Source of the DNA: an uncultured Clostridia bacterium
Lineage (GTDB): Bacteria; Bacillota; Clostridia; Christensenellales; CAG-917
Assembly: GCA_963542015.1 (NCBI GenBank)
Contig: CAUTUX010000005.1
Coordinates: 9,557-73,556, forward strand
DNA length: 64,000 nt
Reading direction: 5' to 3'
Made by a program: the position numbers and the translations under genes. This document shows, piece after piece, positions 56,551 through 64,000 of this stretch; the stretch's first letter is position 1; the number at the start of each line of letters is the position of its first letter. The notes beneath the pieces are model-generated. The model made no database searches and was not told where the DNA came from. It saw nothing but the letters and a program-made list of their open reading frames with translations.

Positions 56551-56997
56551 TTATTCCCTTTCTACTTTTAAAACAATCTTTGCAGAAATGTTTGCGTACA
56601 ATTTTATAACAATATCGCTATTGCCGAATGTTTTAATTTGTCCGCCAGTTTCAATCTGTTTTTTGTCAAAATTATAGCCGTTTTCTTTTAATACATTTGC
56701 AATCATTTCATTGGTAACGCTCCCGAACATTTTTCCGTCATTGTCACCACCCTTTACTTTTATTGTAAAAGTCTTGTTTTCAATTTCTTTTTTAAGTGCG
56801 TTTGCAGCTTTTTTATCTTCTTCTATTTTATGTAACATAGCTTTTTTTTGCTGAACTGCAGTATTTATATTTTGGGCTGTACCTTCTTTTGCAAGACCTT
56901 TTTTAAGTAGAAAGTTTCTTGCATATCCGTCATTTGCTTCAACTATATCTCCAGCTTTTCCTAGACCGTTAACATCTTTAAGTAAAATTATTTTCAT
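56551..56997 (-). CDS. rplI: 50S ribosomal protein L9
   Basis: [30 protein letters not shown]. Confidence 0.96.
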   Translation of the reverse strand: MKIILLKDVNGLGKAGDIVEANDGYARNFLLKKGLAKEGTAQNINTAVQQKKAMLHKIEEDKKAANALKKEIENKTFTIKVKGGDNDGKMFGSVTNEMIANVLKENGYNFDKKQIETGGQIKTFGNSDIVIKLYANISAKIVLKVERE

Positions 56998-57214
56998 TCC
57001 GTCACCTCGTTATATCAGTATATTACAACACATCAATCATGCAAAATTTTACCCGTATGGCAAGTAGAGGTTACAATTCAATGGACTTCAAAAAAGAATC
57101 CACATCGTACAGAGAATGTCCAAATCGCTATTATTAAATGATGGAGTAGAGGTGGATGTAAAAGGATATAGAGAAACGCAAAGAAAAACTTATTGCTCTG
57201 GAGAATAGACTGCT

Positions 57215-57393
57215 AAAAATAAAAAAGATAAAAATTCAACTAAGTTTTGTAAATTTTGCAAAAAGTTCAAAAAAATTTAAAAAACTTTTTTCTGCAAAAA
57301 GTGGGTGAAAATGGGGAAAAACCAATAAAGGGTAATATACTTACCTGAAAAACCCCATAAAAGAGGGTAAAAACAGTTAAAAAATGGCAAAAA
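57215..57393. repeat. Phased A-tract array upstream of the hrcA promoter
   Basis: A-tract starts at 57215, 221, 230, 251, 260, 269, 279, 296, 308, 317, 327, 348, 359, 369, 379 and 389. From 57230 to 57389 is 159 bp, about 16 turns of roughly 9.9 bp. Confidence 0.7.
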
Positions 57394-57400
57394 TCTTTTG

Positions 57401-57430
57401 TTGACATGCAAGCAGACTAAGTGTTAAATT
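57401..57430 (+). promoter_or_regulatory. Candidate sigma-A promoter of the hrcA-grpE-dnaK-dnaJ operon
   Basis: TTGACA (57401-57406), 17-nt spacer, TG-TTAAAT (57422-57429). Confidence 0.6.
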
Positions 57431-57431
57431 G

Positions 57432-57458
57432 TTAGCAATGCGAAAGGAAGAGTGCCAA
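57432..57458 (+). promoter_or_regulatory. Degenerate CIRCE-like element overlapping the hrcA SD
   Basis: TTAGCAATG-N9-GAGTGCCAA versus the consensus TTAGCACTC-N9-GAGTGCTAA (left 6/9, right 8/9). Correct 27-nt length and the correct position between the -10 and the start codon. Confidence 0.5.
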
Positions 57459-57462
57459 AATA

Positions 57463-58548
57463 ATGAAAGAATTGACAGAAAGGAAATCTAAAATTGTTTG
57501 TGCATTAGTGGACTGTTACATTAATACAGGTACTCCAGTTTCGAGTAGTGATATCAAAGAAAAGTACATGAACGATATCAGTACAGCGACAATAAGAGCA
57601 GAGCTAGCAACATTGGAAGCAATGGGATATATTGAGCAACCACACACATCAGCAGGTAGGATTCCATTGAGAGAAGCATATAAGTTGTATGTGAACAATG
57701 AGACTTGCGGGAAGAACATGCCAGTTAAAGTAAACAACAAGTTGCCGCTAGGAACCTTTACAGAAAGAATTGATATGGCGGAAGACATATCAAAAGAAGT
57801 AGCTAAAATTATAAGCGACGAAACCAACTACACTTCGTTTGTTATGAAAAATATCGATGAAGTAATTGTGGTGGAAGAAGTGAAGCTTGTGCCATTAAAA
57901 CAGAATAAGCTGATAATTGTAATATCAACAAATCAGGGAATACTGTCAGATAGCACACTGAATATTGACATTGAAGGCAATCAACAGATTATAGACATAG
58001 CAACTAGGGTAATCAATAATGTGTTTGTTGGGAAAGCAATAACAAGCGTTACAGATATCGATTGTCAGATTGAAAGTGAGATAGATGGAGTAAAAGAGAT
58101 TTTTACAGGCGTGCTCACAATGATAGAAAACTACCTCAAAGAAAACAGCTCACCACTGTGCGTTGAAGGTCAGTTGAAACTTGTTGAGAACGAAGCTTAT
58201 AAGGATATAGAAGAAACAAAGAAATTCCTTCAGGTTGTTTCTGATAAGGAAGCGTTGAGTGGTATGTTACCAGCAGTAGTTGATAATAGCGAAGGCAATG
58301 ATGACATAGAATTCAGCATAAAGATCGGGAAGGAAGACAATACGATAGATAAATGTGCGATAGTAACTGCTGCATATAGAATAGGAGATCAGGTGCTCGG
58401 ACAAGCTGGAGTTATTGGACCTGAAAGAATGGATTATAGGAAAGTCATAACAGTATTAAATGGACTTAAAACAACATTTAGTGCGTTAAGACACAGAGGA
58501 GCCAGAAAAGAAATAAAAGCCTGGCTGAGAGATAATAAGAATAAGTAG
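57463..58548 (+). CDS. hrcA: Heat-inducible transcription repressor HrcA
   Basis: N-terminal wHTH LTERKSKIVCALVDCYINTGTPVSSSDI. Conserved position before grpE. Confidence 0.93.
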   Translation: MKELTERKSKIVCALVDCYINTGTPVSSSDIKEKYMNDISTATIRAELATLEAMGYIEQPHTSAGRIPLREAYKLYVNNETCGKNMPVKVNNKLPLGTFTERIDMAEDISKEVAKIISDETNYTSFVMKNIDEVIVVEEVKLVPLKQNKLIIVISTNQGILSDSTLNIDIEGNQQIIDIATRVINNVFVGKAITSVTDIDCQIESEIDGVKEIFTGVLTMIENYLKENSSPLCVEGQLKLVENEAYKDIEETKKFLQVVSDKEALSGMLPAVVDNSEGNDDIEFSIKIGKEDNTIDKCAIVTAAYRIGDQVLGQAGVIGPERMDYRKVITVLNGLKTTFSALRHRGARKEIKAWLRDNKNK

Positions 58549-58555
58549 GAAAGAA

Positions 58556-59158
58556 GTGGAAGAAAATAAAGAATTACAAGAAGTTGTTGAAGAAACTCAA
58601 GATGTGAATGACGAAGTGCAAACTGCAGAATCCACAACAGTTTCTGAAAACGAAGCGGAAAACATAAACGAAGATGCAGTTGCAGACAAACCGCTTGAAC
58701 AACAAACAAAAAAAGAGTTAATAGAAACAGTTAAAGCAAAGGAAGCGTATGCCGAAGAATGCAAGACGGTTGCACAGAGATTGCAGGCTGATTTTGAAAA
58801 CTATAAAAAAAGAACTGCCAAGAATGGCGAATATATGAAACAGCTGGGACAAGAAATCATCATGAGCGATTTAATAGCCGTTTTAGATAACTGCAATCTT
58901 GCCAGGAAGTACATTACAAATAAAGATGCTTTAGTGGGCTTCACAATGATGGAAGATCAATTAAATAAAGCGATGTCACAATATGGACTGAAAGAAATTG
59001 AAGTTCAGATTGGAGACGCATTTGATCCAAAGATAATGAATGCTCAAGAAAGGGTCAAAAAAGAAGGTCAGGAAGGCAAGGTTATTGAGATTGTATCAAA
59101 AGGATATTGCATCAATGATAAGCAAGTAAGAGCAGTTACAGTAATAATAGGTGAATAA
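58556..59158 (+). CDS. grpE: Nucleotide exchange factor GrpE
   Basis: Acidic N-terminus, RLQADFENYKKR motif, C-terminal beta domain. GTG start after SD AGGAAAG. Confidence 0.93.
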   Translation: MEENKELQEVVEETQDVNDEVQTAESTTVSENEAENINEDAVADKPLEQQTKKELIETVKAKEAYAEECKTVAQRLQADFENYKKRTAKNGEYMKQLGQEIIMSDLIAVLDNCNLARKYITNKDALVGFTMMEDQLNKAMSQYGLKEIEVQIGDAFDPKIMNAQERVKKEGQEGKVIEIVSKGYCINDKQVRAVTVIIGE

Positions 59159-59204
59159 CAAAAAAATAAAATAAAAATATATTATAAAGAGGAGATAATA
59201 TAAT

Positions 59205-61058
59205 ATGGGAAAAATAATAGGTATTGATTTAGGAACAACTAACTCATGTGTAGCAGTTATGGAAGGTGGAGAACCAATCGTTATAACAAACGCAGAAGGT
59301 TCAAGAACAACTCCATCAATTGTTGCATTTGCAAATGACGGAGAAAGATTAGTCGGTGAAATAGCTAAAAGACAAGCTGTAGCCAACCCAGATAGAACAA
59401 TTTCATCAATAAAGAGAGATATGGGTACAGAGAGAATGGTTAAGATCGGAGACAAATCATATTCTCCACAAGAAATCTCAGCAATGATCTTAGCAAAATT
59501 AAAGAGAGATGCTGAGACATATATCGGCGAACCAGTTTCAGAAGCTGTAATAACAGTTCCAGCATATTTTAGTGATGCTCAGAGACAAGCAACAAAAGAT
59601 GCTGGTAAGATTGCTGGATTGGATGTAAAAAGAATTATTAACGAACCAACAGCAGCAGCATTGGCATATGGTATTGACAAAGATGTAACAGCAAGTCAGA
59701 AGGTTTTGATCTTCGACCTTGGTGGCGGAACATTCGATGTATCTATCCTTGAAATGGGAGACGGTGTATTTGAAGTAATGGCGACAAGTGGTAATAACAA
59801 ACTTGGTGGTGATGACTTCGACAACAAAATTATTGACTGGATAGTAAGTGAGTTCAAAGCAAAAGAGAATGTTGATTTAACAACTGACAAAACAGCAATG
59901 CAGAGAGTTAAGGAAGCTGCAGAAAAAGCAAAAATTGATTTGAGTGGAGTTACAAAGACAAAGATTTCACTTCCATTTATTGCTATGGCAGGAAGCACAC
60001 CTAAACACTTAGATTTAGAATTAACAAGAGCTAAGTTTGATGCATTAACTGCAGATTTAGTTAAGAAGACAATAGCTCCTACAAAGCAAGCATTGAAAGA
60101 TGCTGGATTAGAGCCAAAGGATATTGCAAAAGTAATTATGGTTGGTGGGTCAACAAGAATCCCAGCAGTTTATGAAGCAATTAAAGAATATCTTGGGAAA
60201 GATCCATACAAGGGAATAAACCCAGACGAATGTGTTGCACTTGGAGCTGCCGTACAAGGTGGTGTTCTTGGTGGAGAAGTTAAGGATATGTTGTTATTGG
60301 ATGTAACACCGTTATCACTTGGAATTGAAACATTTGGCGGAGTATTCACAAGACTTATTGAAAGAAATACAACAATTCCTACAAGTAAGTCACAGATATT
60401 CTCAACAGCTGCAGACAATCAGACAGCAGTCGATATTCATGTATTACAAGGTGAAAGACAGTTTGCTAAAGATAATAAGACATTAGGACGCTTTGAGTTG
60501 GTAGGAATTCCACCAGCCCCAAGAGGAGTACCACAGATCGAAGTTATATTTGATATTGATGCAAACGGTATCGTTTCTGTTAAAGCAATTGATAAAGGAA
60601 CTAATAAGTCACAATCAATTACAATTACATCATCAACAAACTTGAGCGATGCAGATATCGAAGCAGCTATTAAAGATGCAGAGAAGTATAAAGAAGAAGA
60701 TGAGAAGAGAAAGAAACTTGTTGATGCAAAGAACAACGGTGAGCAGATAATCTTCATGATGGAGAAGTTTAACAAAGAGAAGAATGAGAAGCTTTCAGAT
60801 GATGAAAAGGAAAAGATCGAAAAAGCTATAGAAAAAGCAAAAGCAGCTCTTGAAACAGCTGAAACAGAAAAGGATGTACAAAGTGCTATGGCTGACTTCT
60901 CAGAAGTAACTGACCCAATTGTATCAAAGATATACAAGAATGAAAGTGAAGTTGAGGCAGATGCAACTGCAGAACCAGAGGTAGAACCTGTTGATGCAGA
61001 AGCAACTGAAGTAGATGCAGATAATATGACACCTCCAGAGGACGGCTGGGATAACTAA
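59205..61058 (+). CDS. dnaK: Chaperone DnaK (Hsp70)
   Basis: [31 protein letters not shown]. Confidence 0.99.
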   Translation: MGKIIGIDLGTTNSCVAVMEGGEPIVITNAEGSRTTPSIVAFANDGERLVGEIAKRQAVANPDRTISSIKRDMGTERMVKIGDKSYSPQEISAMILAKLKRDAETYIGEPVSEAVITVPAYFSDAQRQATKDAGKIAGLDVKRIINEPTAAALAYGIDKDVTASQKVLIFDLGGGTFDVSILEMGDGVFEVMATSGNNKLGGDDFDNKIIDWIVSEFKAKENVDLTTDKTAMQRVKEAAEKAKIDLSGVTKTKISLPFIAMAGSTPKHLDLELTRAKFDALTADLVKKTIAPTKQALKDAGLEPKDIAKVIMVGGSTRIPAVYEAIKEYLGKDPYKGINPDECVALGAAVQGGVLGGEVKDMLLLDVTPLSLGIETFGGVFTRLIERNTTIPTSKSQIFSTAADNQTAVDIHVLQGERQFAKDNKTLGRFELVGIPPAPRGVPQIEVIFDIDANGIVSVKAIDKGTNKSQSITITSSTNLSDADIEAAIKDAEKYKEEDEKRKKLVDAKNNGEQIIFMMEKFNKEKNEKLSDDEKEKIEKAIEKAKAALETAETEKDVQSAMADFSEVTDPIVSKIYKNESEVEADATAEPEVEPVDAEATEVDADNMTPPEDGWDN

Positions 61059-61097
61059 TTGTTAATTTTACAACTTAGAGCGAAAGAGTAGAAGAAT

Positions 61098-62318
61098 ATG
61101 GAAAAATCATATTATGACATTCTTGAGCTACAAAAAAACGCAAGTGTAGATGAAATAAAGCAAGCGTATAGGAAACTGGCAAAGAAATATCATCCAGATC
61201 TCTATACGCATGCTTCAGAAGCCGAAAAGAAGAAAGCTGAAGCAAAGATTAAAGAAATAAATCAAGCGTACTCCGTTTTATCAGATCCACAAAAAAAGAA
61301 GGTATATGATACATACGGTAGCGAAGATCCTATGAGGGCAGGTGCGTCACAGGGTGGTGGCGGATACTCGGGATCCAGTGCTGGTTTTGATTTTAGCGGA
61401 TTCAGTGGCGGTAGTGGCGGTGGATTCGGAGGGATGGACTTCGGAGACATACTGTCGTCAATTTTTGGCGGTGGCGGATTCGGCGGAAATTCATATTCAT
61501 CTAATTCAGGATATGCAAGTTCAAACGGACCAGAAAGAGGTTCCGATATAAGAGCAGGCATAACGATAACACTTGATGATGTAGCCAAGGGCGTTGAAAA
61601 AGTAATATCTTTAAAAAGAATGGAGAACTGCCAAGCATGTCATGGTACAGGTGCCGAAAAAGGTACTGCATATAAAACATGTGAAAAGTGTAAAGGCACA
61701 GGACAGGTCAAACAGAGACAGAGAACACCTTTTGGAGAATTTGCAGTAACGGGAGTATGTCCAGATTGTGGTGGAACTGGCAAGATCATTTTGCAAAAAT
61801 GTAGCGTATGTCAGGGAAGACAAAGAGTACAGAAAGCGTCAACCATAAAGGTTAGAATTCCAAAGGGTATTCAGGATGGACAAGGCATTACATTCTCAGG
61901 CGAAGGCAGTGCGGGCAGAAATGGAGGACCTAGAGGCAACCTGGTAATAGAAGTTCATGTAAAGGAACATGAGATATTTAAGAGAAAGGGTTCTGATCTG
62001 TATGTAGATGTACCAATATCATTTATGGATGCAATACTTGGGACTTCAGTGGATATACCAACCTTTAATGGGATATATAAGTTTAAAGTACCAGAAGGGA
62101 CACAGTCGGGACAGATATTTGTTGTTAAAGGATATGGCCTTAAAAAGTTTAATGCAGTTGCTTCGGGCGACTTGTATTTGAAGGTAGTTGTTGAAATACC
62201 TACAAAAGCAACAGTACTACAGAAAGCAAGAATAAATGAAATGAAAGAAAGTTTTGCTGACACACAGTTCCCAAAGCGTGGTACATTCTTAAGGAAAATA
62301 AAGACCTTAACAAAATGA
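61098..62318 (+). CDS. dnaJ: Chaperone DnaJ (type I)
   Basis: J domain with HPD, G/F-rich region, four CxxCxGxG Zn-finger repeats. Confidence 0.98.
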   Translation: MEKSYYDILELQKNASVDEIKQAYRKLAKKYHPDLYTHASEAEKKKAEAKIKEINQAYSVLSDPQKKKVYDTYGSEDPMRAGASQGGGGYSGSSAGFDFSGFSGGSGGGFGGMDFGDILSSIFGGGGFGGNSYSSNSGYASSNGPERGSDIRAGITITLDDVAKGVEKVISLKRMENCQACHGTGAEKGTAYKTCEKCKGTGQVKQRQRTPFGEFAVTGVCPDCGGTGKIILQKCSVCQGRQRVQKASTIKVRIPKGIQDGQGITFSGEGSAGRNGGPRGNLVIEVHVKEHEIFKRKGSDLYVDVPISFMDAILGTSVDIPTFNGIYKFKVPEGTQSGQIFVVKGYGLKKFNAVASGDLYLKVVVEIPTKATVLQKARINEMKESFADTQFPKRGTFLRKIKTLTK

Positions 62319-63232
62319 AGTATTTTGAAGTAACCGTACAGACGGATTCAAAATGGATTGAGATAATTTCAAATGCCATGTTTGAATCTGGTGCTGACGG
62401 AGTTTCCATTTTAGATAGTAGCGATTACAAAGAGCTAATCAAATCTGATGTAATTTGGGATTATGTTGATGAAGATGTGTTGAAAGATGGCGATACAGCA
62501 ACAGCATCTACATTAATTCCATATGATGATAAAGAGGTTTTTTTAAATAAACTTAAAGAAACTATTAAGTTTTATTTACAGTTTAACGATATTAAATACA
62601 ACATTTCATCAAGAATAGTTGAGAATCAAAATTGGAATGAAGAATGGAAAAAGCATTTTAATCCGATTAGAATGCCTAATATTACAATAGTGCCCGAATG
62701 GATTGCATATACTCCTAAAAGCAATGAAAAGACTTTAAAAATAAACCCATGCATGGCTTTTGGTAGTGGAGAGCATGCCACAACAAGGATGTGCCTTTCA
62801 ATGATGAATGTGATGGAGAAATCTGTAATTGATGTTGGTTGTGGAAGTGGAATTCTCGGACTGGCAGCAAAAGTTTTAGGAGCAAAGGCTGTCTTATTGA
62901 TAGATATAGATGAGGAAGCGATTAAGAATGCGGTTGAAAATGCGGAAATAAATGGACTACAAGAGGAAGTAAAGATAGTATGTGGTGACCTCATAAACGA
63001 AGAGATAAAAGCAGATGTAATATTTGCTAACCTTACAGTCGACATTTTGAAACGGTTGAGCAAAATAATATCACAGCATTTAAAGAAGGGTGGAGAAATA
63101 GTGACATCAGGAATAATAGAAGAAAGGCAAGATGAGGTGATAGAAGATTTTGCAAAACAGGGATTTGTTCCAGTAGAAATTAAACATGAATCACTGTGGG
63201 TTGCAATGAGGTTCGTAAGAGATGACGATTAA
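62315..63232 (+). CDS. prmA: Ribosomal protein L11 methyltransferase
   Basis: PrmA N-terminal domain, NWNEEWKK, DVGCGSGILG SAM motif. ATGA overlap with dnaJ. Confidence 0.9.
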   Translation: MKYFEVTVQTDSKWIEIISNAMFESGADGVSILDSSDYKELIKSDVIWDYVDEDVLKDGDTATASTLIPYDDKEVFLNKLKETIKFYLQFNDIKYNISSRIVENQNWNEEWKKHFNPIRMPNITIVPEWIAYTPKSNEKTLKINPCMAFGSGEHATTRMCLSMMNVMEKSVIDVGCGSGILGLAAKVLGAKAVLLIDIDEEAIKNAVENAEINGLQEEVKIVCGDLINEEIKADVIFANLTVDILKRLSKIISQHLKKGGEIVTSGIIEERQDEVIEDFAKQGFVPVEIKHESLWVAMRFVRDDD

Positions 63233-63929
63233 AAGATTTTATATTGATCAGAATGATATAGATGGTAACATCGCACATATAAGTAATGATGAATATACAC
63301 ATTTAACTAAAGTATTGAGATATAAAATTGGTTATGAAGTCATTATATGTGCAAATGATGGTATCGAAAGATATGGCAAAATAATTAATATAACTAAAGA
63401 TGAGGTTACAGTATCAATAGAGCGGATTAAAGAAATAGCAGTTAGAGATTACGCAATATCTTTATATGTAGCAATATTAAATAACAATAGGCTTGATTAC
63501 ACAATACAAAAATGCACAGAGCTTGGAGTTAATACAATTATTCCAGTAACTTTTAAAAATTGCGATGGAACAAAATTTAATACCGAAAGGGCGAATAAGA
63601 TAGCAAAAGAGGCGGCAAAGCAGTGTGGAGCCGTCACAATTCCAGTTGTAGAGGAACAGATAGAATATGAAAAATTTTTATCAAAAATAAAGAACCATTC
63701 GGATGTTATATTTGCATATGAAAAATCTAAACAGTCAAAAATAAATAGTTTAAAACTTGGTAGCGATATTGTAATTGTGATTGGACCCGAAGGCGGGTTT
63801 ACCGAATCGGAAGCAAATGATATTGCAGAGAACGCAAAAACAGTTTCACTAGGGAATAGAATTTTAAGAGCAGAGACGGCAGCAGTCGTAGCAACAACTT
63901 TAGTATTGAGCAATAAAGGAGAATTGTAA
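63222..63929 (+). CDS. rsmE: 16S rRNA (uracil1498-N3)-methyltransferase
   Basis: RsmE layout with the SPOUT motif VIGPEGGFTESE. Conserved position after prmA. Confidence 0.88.
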   Translation: MTIKRFYIDQNDIDGNIAHISNDEYTHLTKVLRYKIGYEVIICANDGIERYGKIINITKDEVTVSIERIKEIAVRDYAISLYVAILNNNRLDYTIQKCTELGVNTIIPVTFKNCDGTKFNTERANKIAKEAAKQCGAVTIPVVEEQIEYEKFLSKIKNHSDVIFAYEKSKQSKINSLKLGSDIVIVIGPEGGFTESEANDIAENAKTVSLGNRILRAETAAVVATTLVLSNKGEL

Positions 63930-64000
63930 TGAAGAGGGTTTCAATTATAACTCTCGGATGTAAGGTCAATCAGTACGATTCTGATGCAATGCTCAAAATA
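63929..64000 (+). CDS. mtaB: tRNA methylthiotransferase MtaB/YqeV-like, N-terminal fragment (continues beyond window)
   Basis: MKRVSIITLGCKVNQYDSDAM matches the UPF0004 N-terminal domain of MiaB-family enzymes. Sits in the B. subtilis yqeV position after rsmE. Confidence 0.7.
   Translation, partial: MKRVSIITLGCKVNQYDSDAMLKI

Noticed and set aside
57096-57104. DnaA-box-like words (GAATCCACA at 57096; TTATCCAAA at 23447) and an AT-rich 465-bp spacer next to rplI, considered as a possible oriC.
   Set aside because: These are single, imperfect boxes with no cluster and no dnaA/dnaN nearby. The AT-rich tract is better explained as promoter-upstream curved DNA.
1-64000. Search for tRNA, rRNA, CRISPR arrays, transposases/integrases, prophage or toxin-antitoxin/defence genes.
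   Set aside because: I saw no T-loop (GGTTCGAATCC-type) signatures, rRNA-like segments, regularly spaced direct repeats with unique spacers, recombinase motifs, or nuclease/helicase-type defence proteins. The window reads as core chromosome.

Overview
AT-rich, gene-dense chromosomal segment that looks like an anaerobic low-GC Bacillota (Clostridia-like) genome using the standard code (TGA, TAA and TAG all terminate recognisable genes). I support about 65 protein genes. I found no rRNA, tRNA, CRISPR array, transposase, integrase or phage gene. Most content is housekeeping. In order: a U32 peptidase fragment, ftsH-cysE-cysS and lepB; two unknown proteins; an unknown-protein, aminotransferase, peroxiredoxin and split-transketolase region; then a fused rpsL-rpsG-fusA-tuf-rpmG-secE-nusG-rplKAJL block without rpoBC. 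Next come a reverse rubrerythrin, a Na+-pumping oxaloacetate-decarboxylase cluster with birA, secDF, and an amino-acid ABC importer. After that: a six-gene translationally coupled operon (surface protein, heterodimeric ABC exporter, ECF importer), a membrane metallophosphoesterase, nrdD-TrxR-like-nrdG, pflBA plus a U32 protein, pth, rsmI, a YabB-like methyltransferase and rplI. The window ends with the classical Bacillota hrcA-grpE-dnaK-dnaJ-prmA-rsmE-mtaB row. No defence-island-like system is visible. The most unusual items are: (1) an amino-acid ABC importer whose binding protein looks circularly permuted; (2) its ATPase, which carries a roughly 190-aa K/E-rich insertion inside the nucleotide-binding domain; (3) a class III ribonucleotide reductase with a C-terminal thioredoxin-fold domain, coupled to a TrxR-like flavoprotein that lacks the NADPH HRR motif; (4) long arrays of helically phased A-tracts ending at the -35 of several promoters, including 17 consecutive tracts between nrdD and pflB; (5) the coupled exporter-plus-ECF operon headed by a type-I membrane protein; (6) two distantly related unknown proteins bracketing the aminotransferase/peroxiredoxin region, with a 0.55-kb silent convergent gap. 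All functional calls rest on motif recognition by eye. No database search was run.
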